From positions 44,518,001 through 44,582,000 of the forward strand of contig CM052818.1 in the NCBI GenBank assembly GCA_028534125.1: a stretch of DNA of 64,000 bases. The letters run 5' to 3'. Origin of the DNA: Lama glama. Its lineage: Eukaryota. Made by a program: the position numbers and the translations under genes. This document shows positions 26,401-38,400 of this stretch, in pieces. Each line of letters opens with the position of its first letter. Positions within the stretch are counted from its first letter, which is position 1. The notes under the pieces are model-generated. The model saw only the letters and a list, made by a program, of their open reading frames with translations. It did not search any database and was not told where the DNA came from.

Positions 26401-29400
26401 GGACACTCACACTTGTGACTTCAACCACACAACCCAGCAGCAGGGCGAGCAGTGGCCTGAGGGGTCGTCTACTCCATCCTCATCTTAGAGATGGGGAAAC
26501 CCAAGCTGGGAGTGGGGGACGGGGTCTGAGGGTCTATGGTGAACACAGGTCCCCTGACTCCCTCACGCACACTGCGAGGTGCTCTCCCTCACGGGCAGAC
26601 GGCAATGATGCAGTAACTCGGAAGATCTCAGGTGAGTGAAACGAACAACCGCTGTGAGCAGGAGAGGAAAGCTCCTAGCGAGTCCGCTGATGGTCACTTC
26701 CAATTTTCTGCATCCCGGCTTCAGGTGATACATTCCTCAGGCCACGGATGAACTAATCTACCTATGGAGACACAGGAATCTTTCATTCCTGCTAAGTCAT
26801 GGACGCACTGAGTCCCGGTTACACGATTATAAAAATATTTATCAAGCAAAGTAGAAAATAAGAGCAATTATTGCCCGTCCTTAGCCCCCCAAGTCCCCAC
26901 TGGCCCAGTGTGCTAGACATTTTAGGAAACAGGCTTTCTTTACTTCCCTCCTACTTACTGAATACGTGCATGTGAAGATGAGGGAGTCTTATATATCTTC
27001 CATTTATATCCGTTATAGTTCTGTTTAATCAATAACCAAGTCAGGTTTCTAAAATCAGTAACGCAGCAAGCTTTATATCCTCTCTATGAACAAGGTAATA
27101 ATCAGCCTGACAGATCATTTCTCACAGGCTGACGTATTCAAACAAGTAATTACCTTTGGCAAAAAAATAAATAAAACTGCCCTCATTTTTCCGTTGTCTC
27201 CAAACAAGTGGCTCTCTGCAAGGCTGGTCTTTCCATTAGGAAAATACTGCAGTGCATAAAATTCAAGGAAAGCAGCGTCTGGTTAAGCATGATCAGTCCC
27301 CAAATCCTAAGTTAAGTGGCATCTTCTTCCTGGTACTCAGTCATGCTAAACACTCCCCTAAACGCGTCTCCGGGTAATAAGAAATATGACATCAAGAGAC
27401 ATGACCTTTCACCAGTTCTCAATCCCTGCGCTTTTCCAGCCGCAACCGCCTAAGACCTAGGGGAGATGGCCGGTGAGATGGGTATTCACTCGAAACAACA
27501 GTCAGCTACAAAAGCTAAGCCGTGTCCAGCCGGGGCTGGGACCCCATGAATGGCACAAAGGCCATCAAACCAGGCCGAGTCCTTGGGTGAAAGGCAGCCC
27601 AGAGGAGGAGGACAAGAGAGCTGACCGGGACTCCACTTCTGGCCTGGAAAGGCTTTGTGGGGACCACAGTGTCTGAGCCGGGCACTTCAGGCTGAAAAAA
27701 CACAAGAGGCAAAAATCAGAGGGAAAGGCAGGCCAAGCAGAAGCCATCATGACGTGAAAAGGCAGGAAGATGGGACAACAGAGCCAGGGTGGGGAACCGG
27801 CAGCCTGGATTCACACAAAAAGGTCTGGGGAGAAGCAGCAGAAAATAAGGAACCAGCAGAAGGCTGACCCGAAACTGCTGGGTTTTGAGAGCCACACTGA
27901 GGAGCCTTCCACCTCCCAGAGCCCCCGGAGGCCACGGCCGAGCTGCGTTGAGAGCCAGTGCCCTGAACACCATGGGGCTACCTGGCCAGGCGCCACTGAG
28001 GACACACACCAAACTCGGAGAACGAGTAAGTGTCAAGCGCCTTCCTTGCGGTAACTCAAGTGCTCTGTGATTCTCGGATCCTCAGCAGCAGATCTGAACC
28101 ATTCTAAATCAATTCAGCAAATGAAGTAATGATCCCTCAACTTTACTTTTCAAGAAGATACCTTTTTTGGGGAAACTCAAGAGAGACACAAATCCAAACT
28201 AAAAAAATAGCAGCAGCAGTAATAGTGGCTTCTTTTTTCCCCTAATGTTATAGTAAGGACAGGAATAGATGTATGTTCCAAAAACCAAAATGAATCAGGC
28301 TATGAACCACCACTTGGTATCCTGACCCCAAGGGTTTCTTTCAGCTCAAAGTAGAGACAGGTTTCAGCGTCTGGCCACTGTGGCAGCTCATCAGTGGATT
28401 AATCCTTCGAAGTGAAGAGCTGGCCGTGGGGAGGCTGTGGGAAGGCTCTGCACACACCGTCCACAGGTGCGGGACTGGCAGAAGCTCTCAGGGGGCAGTT
28501 CGGGAACATTCCGAACCCTCCCACGTGCCCAGCCTCTGACCGGCAACTCTACTTCGCGGACTCCACCCTGCAGCTCTTCCCTAAGTGCTGTACCCTCTCC
28601 ACTTATTTACAGGCTCACTGGACACAACAAACCCTTTCTGTACACGCTGACTGCACCACTGTTGGACAGAGTGAAAAACTGGAAACTACCTGCCATGTTC
28701 ATCAACGGACGACCAGTTAAATACAGTGCGGTTTATCCATAGCATGGTTAAGAAAAATGAGGTAAACCTCACATGTAATGAAACAGAAAAATACTATTAT
28801 TAAATAATGTGCACACGCGGCAGGGGGTGGGGAGCACGTAAGTGAATTTTAAATACAGACAGAACCAGGCTGGTCACAGTACTTCTCCTGGTGGAGAACG
28901 TACTTGTAGCCTGTAACATAGCTTGGTGATGGGGCAGGAGGAAGAAGATGTGACCTTTGTATTTTTACATTTCTCTAGTTTTTCTTATTCGTTTTATTTT
29001 TTTAAAGAAGCACCTATTACTTTTATAACCTCTTAAAGATGAAACATAGAAAAGTAAAGTCAAACCAAGAAGCCGGGCATCTAAGAAATCAGAAGCTTTC
29101 AATCCCACCGGGATGTGAGGGCCTCCCGGGCACCCGCCCCCACTGGAGTGCGAGGTCCGGAGGCCAGCCTGGGTCTACTTCCTCATCATCCCAAACGCCT
29201 GTCCCAGGACCAGGCACACCACAGGCGCTCAATAAATGCTGGATAAATGAATGGATGAGGAGCAGGGGAGTCTACTTCACTCATCTGTGCTCAAAGTACC
29301 GGCAAGAGTTTTGACTGCCTGTCCCCCATCGCCACCGTCACCACCACCGTGGGCCAGAGGTGAGCATGTCAGGGCGGGAACCCCATCAGCCCAAGGCACC

Positions 29401-32400
29401 TCCCCGCCCTAAGTAACTGGAGGACAGAGAGCCGTGGAAGGAGAGGTTTCACTTACATGAGAGACTCTAGTTCACAGGAAGATGGAGACAAGGTGTGACT
29501 AAGCACAAGCCAGTGTCGGGGAGGCCCTGGGCTCTGAACCCTGGAGACAGACCAGAGCAGAAGCAACGGGCTGGGAGCTGGGTCCACACAGGTTTCACTG
29601 AGTTCTGCCTCTTAGCAGCTGCAGGAACCTGGACAAACTGTTATAACTCTCTTAGCTTAGAAATGATAACTTGCTTTTCAGGGGTACTATGAGAACTAAG
29701 CGAGGTGACACATGCCCGACACGAGAGAGCCACCGAACTGCTCCCCCACCCTGACGTCCTGGCACGGGCCCGTCAGCAGGGGTCCCCCGGGCCAGGTGGG
29801 CAAGCCATGCGCTGCTGGCTGCCCACCAAACCTGCTCAGGATCTGCACCTTTTTAGCCTAAAATAAATCACTCGGCATACATGAGACGCCCTTCCTCATC
29901 CGATCATCTGACACTCTGCGGCGTGAATGGAACCTCAATCCCTCCCCCAACGTACCATCTTCCTTCTCCGCTCATTTTCAACTCCCCTATCACTTCCTTT
30001 CTTGCCTTTTGCATGTTGAATTCAAATTTGGAGTTGGTGGGATTCACCGTGCGCTCAGGACCCTCCACCACCCCCCCGCCGACCCTCCCTCACTGAGGGG
30101 CACCCGCGTTTGTAAGCCAGCCCAGCGGGAAAGGCTCCGTGTGCAGAGGGCCACGCGCCGCGGCTGCGACTCACTGGCTCACTTTGTGGTACAGCTTGGC
30201 AATGCCCTGGTGGGTCCAATCCTTCCCGAGGGTGGGCAGAATGTGGCCAAGAGTATCTGATCTAAACAAAAACAGAAACGAGAAAGATAAAGTGAAGATA
30301 GCATCGGAAAAGGGAAAAAAAGTCTACCCCGATTCCTCGCACCATACGTGTATCACGAAAAATGCAGGTGAGATCTGTTGCTTGCTCTCTGGATAGAAAA
30401 CCAGAAACTGAAGTCATCGCACGAGAATGCTTGTGGAGGGATGTTAAGATCTGAGAGGGCACCTTCGATCTGATCATCCATCAAGTCCTTGACTTGCTAA
30501 ACCAGAGTGAAAGGGCCACGCAGGAACGTGTGCTCCAGAAGCACCCACTCAAGCCACAAAAGCAGGGAACAGAGCCCAGAGGGAAGCGAGCCCTGAGCCC
30601 TCACTGCAGCTGTTTAATTCAAGGAGCTACGACTCCAGGAGCAGCACCGACTGCCCCAGAAACTGAGCTGCACCGGCCCCACGACACCCCAGAAGGAGGA
30701 TCTGAAACTCCAGCTCCAGGCCGCCGAGCCAGTGGGACCCACCTGGTGATGGTTCCATCAATGTCAGAAATGATGACCTTGTCGTCCCAGTTCCACAGGT
30801 AGATGGTGCCCTCGCAGCGGCACGTGCCTTGGTACTGCGTGGTGACGCTGAAGACCACGTCGTTGGGGCCGTTCTTCAATTTCAGGCTTTTCTGAAAAAC
30901 ATGAACTCTGTGTCTGAGGGGAAGACCCAAGGGGAGGGATATTTGGCTTCCGCTCCATAAGAAGCTGGATCTGGATTTTTCTAAGTCACCGCCCTAGGCC
31001 ACCGTACAATTCTTTCTTTCCCAGTCTTGCTCTGGATAAGGACGGGTCTTTCCAGGATTTGGGAAGCATTAGCCCCAGCTCCCCTCACGGCCCACGGGTA
31101 ACACCGCTCGCCACGTCTCACAGGGTAAGTGACAGACTCTGAGGCCACAGGACATCACGACTCCGGACAAGGACACACTTACTCAGGCATGACTGGGTAT
31201 GAAGGGCCGTGACTGGGGAGACGGATCTAAGACAAGCGTGGAAATATGTTGCCTGAAACGACCATGATTATTGATTATTACACTGACACAAACTGGAAGA
31301 AAGCAGGTCTCCATCATCAGGGACACTTCGTATCCAGAAGCACACAGTCTAGACCCAAGGAAAGCACACCAGGCTCAGACAGCAGAACCCCTTCCTGGCG
31401 GTTCTGAGTCTCCGCACTGGGACCCTCCAGTAGAAGCCAGTCTGGGTCGCCCCCTGCGTTGCTGGCTGGGTCGCCTGCCGCAGCCACACAGGGACTGCCG
31501 GGCTGCGGGGTGCCCGGCCCATCTGTCATCTTTTCCCATCAAACATCATCACAGCTGAACCTGGCCCCGCAGAACTCTTAGGACAACAGCAAGAGCAGAG
31601 GCCCTTGCTCACCGTCTGCTTGTGGGAAACAGTCCAGGGAAGGAAGGGCCTGAGTACAACTGCTGGTACGTCCTCACAAAAGAGGATACTGGGACCAGGA
31701 TGACCCCCTGCTATCGGAAACTACGTCCCTTCACAAGTGCTTGATCCCCCCCAACTCAGGGGATGTCTTTCGCTCAACAAGCAGCCCTCTAAAGTGGAAA
31801 GAGCCCTACGAGATTCTGGTCTATCTGCCATTTACACCTCAGGAAAAATTCGCTCCCTCAGGTTGCCCTCCTCCAACATTTGAAAACAGGAGCCTCCAGC
31901 GCTTCATCCAGGAGACGAGGGGGCGAGATGCTGAGGGGGGCCTGGATGGGAGTTGACGGTGAGTGAAGCCATGAGGCACCAAAGGGGGGACCTGAGGTTG
32001 CGGAAGGCGGCAGAGGGTACCAGGAGCCAGAGAGCAGGAAGGCGGCCGCGCCCCCCACAAACACGGCAGGGGAAGAACGGACACTCACCAGCTGCTCGGA
32101 AGTGAGCCGCAGGGTCTTCTTGTAGCTGACGTTGGACAAGAGAGGGAGGTGGCTCGTGCTTGATGGCTTGGCAGCTGCATGCTCTTCATCACTGGACGAT
32201 GATTCATGCTTTATTCTGGAACACACGGTGATGTAATCACCAATTAGGAAATGCATCTGGGTAGCCATTAAAAATGCATTAGGCCGGAATCAATGACGGA
32301 GTCAGTGGGGTCTCTCCTGAGTGCTGTCTCTTGGGTGGTCATTTACCATATGCCCCGACACTCATCAGTGAGCTGCCTCTAAACCCCCATTCACACGCCT

Positions 32401-35400
32401 CCTGAATTATTCATGAGGGCGCCTCTCCTCATTCACTTCCCTGTTCACTCACGGTCGCCACTCTATTGTAACCGAGAGGCTCCCCTTCCTGACAAGCAGG
32501 GTTAAACTCCCTTCCTGCCTGGGAGGACGCTCACACTCTCCTCTTCCCCTGTCCCAGGCTGTGGGCCAAGCACGAGGACTCCAAATTTTCCCCATGTCCA
32601 AACTGACCAGCTCCCTGGACGCATGTCTCCAAGCACACAATTCCAAACTTGGGGCCCCAGGACCTACAAGCAAGTGCCAGCGAAGCCACGGAAGACTGCC
32701 ATCCTCCTCCAGAATCCCTAAGCGGGCTGCCAGGAGCCAGGGCTGCACCTTATTCAGCTGCACAGAATCCACAGGCCACTTCTCTGCTCGTGGGGGGCTA
32801 GGAGGTGTGGGTGGGAAGCTGGCCCGCTTCCCTTCAATAGCTCATATAAAGCATCTCAGGAATTAGCTGTTCCCTGGATTCATATCCTGCTGCAGCGTAA
32901 CCCCCAGCCCAGCAGCACTCGATCTGCTCCCAGGACAATTCTCTTTAAAAATGCCCAAACACCATACCAAGTGCCTCATAAACGTGTATTAGGCTAAATG
33001 GAGAAAGCTGAGCGCCCCGAAGCAGGCACGTCGCAACTCCTCGGGTGCACGTTGTCCTGCAAAGCATCCTGCTCAGCACAGCCCTTTACCCAAGGCTGAC
33101 GCACATGGGGGGGTCCATCTTATCTTTTTATCTCAGTGGGCTTTTACCTTGCCCTCCTACCCCCTCGTCTTCCCCTTACCTCCTCTTCCCTTCCACCAGA
33201 AAATGATCAGGTATTTCCTATGTAACCTGTTGCAATCTTACCCCACGTGTTCATTCCAGAAGCAGTTCCTGCAATCCAGTACTGCCCCAAACTCGGGCAG
33301 ATGAGAGGGAGGACACCGTTACCCAGCAGCCCGCTTCTCTGTTCCTTCTACTGGCTCTTTCCACGTCCAGAATGAGTCCCCACCCCACCCCACCCCACTG
33401 AGCGCCTCGCGGGCCTTGCAAGAGGCTGCTGTGGGCTGCAGGCTGGCGGACTGGGGCTCACCCTGCCAGGCGTGGGGGCTCCAGCAAACAGCCTGGCCCC
33501 TGCTCTCCTGGGGGCTTTCTGTCTAAACACAACACAGCAGGACAAGTGCAATGCCAGGATGTCCAGAGCAGCTGGACCAGGGCCCCAGGAGCTGCTCAGA
33601 ACAATATGGGCTGGAGTCACAGACATCAACGGAACACAGCCCTGGTGAAGGAGTGTGGGAACAGGTGACTACGTCCACAGAGACAGAGCACATGGGCTCG
33701 GTTGGTCCATGGGGGTCCTAACCTCCACATGGATGAATCAACAACACTCATGGCCAGGTTCGAGGTGGACTGGGGCTGGCACAGCAGTGAGAACCTGAGA
33801 AGCCTGGGTCTGAACCCCAGGGACTTCAGGCTGTGTTATCTTGCTCAGATCACTTTTCTTTCAGATCTAATTTCCTCATCTTAAAATGCAGAGGAGCAAA
33901 CAGCATCCCACCCACCAAGAAATTCAGGATGCTGGCATATAACACACAGAAAGAAGGGGACTGGGAGACATGAGTCCCAGGAAAGGCCTCAAGACCACAG
34001 GATCCCTCTCTGGGCCTCAGTGGCCCACCTGTAAAATGACACAAAAGTGCCTTCCGGTTCCGACCCCTGTGGATCCTACGAATGGCGCTGGTACTTCTGA
34101 ACCAATAACCTAGAGGTTTTCCAAAGACGGGCAGGCGTGGTCCTGGAGCCAGTCAGCCTGGGTGGGAACTCAGGAGAGGAGGCTGCGGGGCCCCTCATTG
34201 AATTGGCAAATGTTTATGCTCCGCGCCAACAGTTTGGAGTGAAATGACATCCAAATGTGAACCAGAGCTCTTGGTGACAACAGATCGATGTGTGCCTCTG
34301 CTGGTGGGATGCGGAAGCAAGGCAGAATAGCTGTTATTTCCATCTGCTGCTTTGAAGCAAAAAACCAAAACCCTAAATCCGTGCAGCATGCATGCCACGT
34401 TCCGGGGAGCACAGAAAGGAAAACACAGATCCAGAAACTGAGATGGGAGCGGTCCAGTTGGCTGCGGGTGGTGCCGGGCGAGGACAAGTACACGGTCACC
34501 TGCAAACTTGGCCACCCCAGCCCCCGCCCCTCACCCCTTGCTCTGCGGCGTCTACAAGAAGCAACAGCACAAAACAAAAGGGCCCATCCCACTCGAGTGT
34601 CTGTGTTCAGGAGCTGTGAACAGCAACTAAGTTAGCACTTGTCAGTGTACATTTTTCAGTGGTATTTTAATGACTTGCATGGTGACAAGCTGTTTGCTCA
34701 ATTATGAGACTTCAGGGACTGTTCTGTCAATCACAAATCTGTCAATTAGCAGAGCACTCCAACGCTTTTTTTTCAGTCAACTGCATGAATCTAATTAGGA
34801 GACTAAAAGTCTAGGACACCAGCAAAAATGAGAAGATTTACATTGCTCAAAAGAACTTTATATGAAGACTTTGCAAAACCTTAAATCCTTTTCAAAGAAG
34901 TCAAGTCTTCATTTTTCAGGTTTAATCAAGAAGCGTAGTGTGACCAGGACAGCATGCTCTGTAGTCTTAACTATTTCTAGTTAATCGGGAGAAGCACTGT
35001 TGTCAACGTCTGAATAGGATCGTATCAGACACTAAGAAGATCCGAAAAGCTTCAAATAAACTGTGCAGGGTGATGCTCCCACTAGGAAAGAGCTGCCAAG
35101 GCGTCCTGCCCCCACCCTTGGCCCACCCCGCGGCCTCTAGGAGCCGCCACGCCGCTGCTGGAAAGGGGACTACGGACCCTGCACCAGCCACCACCATGTT
35201 CTGGCCCGCCAGAGCCTCTCTGAGCCTCTGGCCCAACTTCCCCAGGCCTCAGGCTGGCATACTGCAGGGTGGATTTGGCAAACATCCTGCATTTGGCCAT
35301 ATAGTGGAGTATAATTTTAAACCATTTGAAACTGCACGGTTAGGTTGAGCATGTGTCCTCTGGGTCACCACAGAGCCACCTTCCTGACCGTCCCGATACC

Positions 35401-38400
35401 GTCGCCACAGGCACAGCCCGGGTGGCCGTCGGGTTTTCCATCCTGGATCTCCGTTCTCATGAAGCTGCTGGGAGGATTAAATGAGCCAGCGTCAGCGGTG
35501 TGGGTGTCATGCTCATCCCCACGTCACAGATGAAGGAGGAGACGCTGAAGGGCTGATGAATTTGTCAAAGATTACAGAGAAGGCCGAAAATGTCCCGGCT
35601 CATGCCACCTTTTGTGTTTGGAAGTTACTGCAGAATAGAGAGGTTCTCAAAAAGAGTCCCAGGAGAGCAGGGCACTTCCAGGGCTGCGAACNNNNNNNNN
35701 NNNNNNNNNNNNNNNNNNNNNNNNNNNNNNNNNNNNNNNNNNNNNNNNNNNNNNNNNNNNNNNNNNNNNNNNNNNNNNNNNNNNNNNNNNNNNNNNNNNN
35801 NNNNNNNNNNNNNNNNNNNNNNNNNNNNNNNNNNNNNNNNNNNNNNNNNNNNNNNNNNNNNNNNNNNNNNNNNNNNNNNNNNNNNNNNNNNNNNNNNNNN
35901 NNNNNNNNNNNNNNNNNNNNNNNNNNNNNNNNNNNNNNNNNNNNNNNNNNNNNNNNNNNNNNNNNNNNNNNNNNNNNNNNNNNNNNNNNNNNNNNNNNNN
36001 NNNNNNNNNNNNNNNNNNNNNNNNNNNNNNNNNNNNNNNNNNNNNNNNNNNNNNNNNNNNNNNNNNNNNNNNNNNNNNNNNNNNNNNNNNNNNNNNNNNN
36101 NNNNNNNNNNNNNNNNNNNNNNNNNNNNNNNNNNNNNNNNNNNNNNNNNNNNNNNNNNNNNNNNNNNNNNNNNNNNNNNNNNNNNNNNNNNAGCGGCACA
36201 CCCCTCAGGGATGGCAGGTCCTAGTCCCTCCTTCATTTACAAGTCTACAATTAAGCCGAGAAATATTTTTGACAGAAATAAGTCTGTTTTCCATAAGTGT
36301 CTGTGGCACTAAACCAAGCTTCATAATCACTGTAGCTTATGCAAATGCTTTATCGAGGGCTGCTTGGATACGCGAGGGCTTTCAAAATATTTTCTTATAA
36401 TTGCTGATAGAAATGCCTGAAAATATTTTCACACCATATTTTGCTTGAGAAAAACATGGATGCATTCTCTTTCTCAACACTGCATAGTATTAATAGAAGA
36501 TGCTCCGTTAATGAAAAGAGCTTTGGAATTCTAAGAGCTCTAGGCCCAGTCCTGCCTCTCTGGCTTAGGAACCTGGGGCAGTGATGGAACCTTTCAGAGC
36601 CTCGCTTCCTCATCAGCAGCACAAGGGTGATAAGCTCCATCTCCTAAAGCTGCCATGAGGACCCTGGAGATGCTGCAGGTGAATCAGAGCCTGGCCCCAG
36701 CAGGCAAGGGGGGAGGAAGACATCCACTAGCCCCACAGATGTCACAGGAAGTCAACCAGAGGCCAGAAAGAGGTATCAAAGGACAAAGGCTTTACAATCA
36801 AATCTCATCATCTGTGGTCATTTGGTCAGGAGGAAGGTTAACGTTTTTAACGTTAATAAAGAAAATGAGTGACAGAAACAACATAACAGGGTGACCAGCT
36901 TAACACATGATGGGTACAAACTGTTTTCAAGTATTATTTAGCTTTTTATAAGCACACAAATAATTGATGTGCTAACAGGCCCAGGAATGTTTAATCTATT
37001 GAGGTGGGTAACTTAACCACCACTATCAACAATTCTTCATTAGACTAAAAATACGTATTAGTTCAAAAATATGTATCTATCTGAAATAATGTATTTTAGT
37101 TTTTGAAGAGGTTTTTAATAGCTCTTCCTTATTCATGCTGGCATTCATTCCCCTCAATTCAAACTAATTAGAATCTGAATACTCTGCAGTAAACAGGTCT
37201 CTGAAATGGCCTTCTGCCTAAATTCTAGAACATTCTGCTCTCTGTAAGAGACTCAGAAAGGCTCTTTATGCTTCAAGTCTCCTAAAGTAAAGCATATGCT
37301 CACTCTAACATGTTTATGCCCCTTGGAGATAATGAACAATCATTAAAACTCAGGCACACTAACAGAAAACACCAAAGAACAATTTTATCTTGATAAAGTC
37401 TTTCCAACAGACTCTTTCCTTTTGAACTAATGAAATAAACAAACTGAGCCCCTGGAACACCTCTTACTTTTATAATAATCAGCTTGACTGTTGTCCTTGG
37501 GGTTTCTTCACCCTATGGTCCAAAAGTATAATTAGCATTCCCTTAAATATCCGCCAAATCCCTGCTCTAGGTGCAACACAGGCACTAGGAACACCAAAGG
37601 ATCAAAGCCACACACAGTCTCTGCCTCCATGAGTTTAGGGTCTGGAGGGGAAAGGGATGTTAATCAAATAATCATAGTAATAAATGTATAATAATAAACA
37701 CTGACAAAGTTTGTGAAGGAAAAGTTCACAGGCAGGGCTATGAGAGCAGAGAACTGCAGACCAGACTAACCTGCCAAGAAAGGGCCCATTTGAGATGCTG
37801 GTTAATTAAGTTAAGAGGGGAGGGAGGGGTCCTAAGAACACTGTACAGAGAAAGTAACTCATGCAAAGGTCCTGGGGTAGAATGCACTTTCACCAGTGAG
37901 GCCAATGCACAGAGGGCAGAGAGAGAATGGCAAAAGGGAGGCGGGGCTAGGATACACAAGTTCTGTAGACCATGTTAAGGACATTGGTTTTAATTGTAAG
38001 AGCCCTGGGAACCCACTAAAACATTTTAAGCAGGAAGTAATATAAATTGGACCATTATCCTAAACAGACCAATGCAACTATAGACAATGAGGAAGAGAGG
38101 GCAAGAATGGATACAAATAGGCCATTTGGAAGCAATCGTCGGAGAGAAGATGATAGCCTAGATTTGTGGGGCTGAAGATAAAGAGAAATGGAAAACCCAA
38201 GCAATGTTTAGGATGCTAAATTGATAGGAGAAGTGAAGAGAAAAGGAAGTGTCCAGCTATGGATGGACAGGGATGCCATTCTCTGACTATGGTCCAAAAA
38301 AGGAAGAATTCACAAGAAGATCATTGGTTTGATTTTAGAAATGACGAGTTAGAAGTGTGTGAAGGGGCAAGGAGAGTATAGCTCAATGGGTAGAATGCAT

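Noticed and set aside
26067..26639. 190-aa plus-strand ORF
   Set aside because: Overlaps L2/MIR-like relics, no domain, no splice support
33300..33380. Segment with a minus-strand GGTAAC donor-like site as a candidate for the missing exon 12
   Set aside because: Translation does not resemble ESKPEQ...ATR and there is no suitable acceptor
35481..36312. Long ORFs of 184-247 aa in the ORF track
   Set aside because: Artefacts of translation through the second N gap
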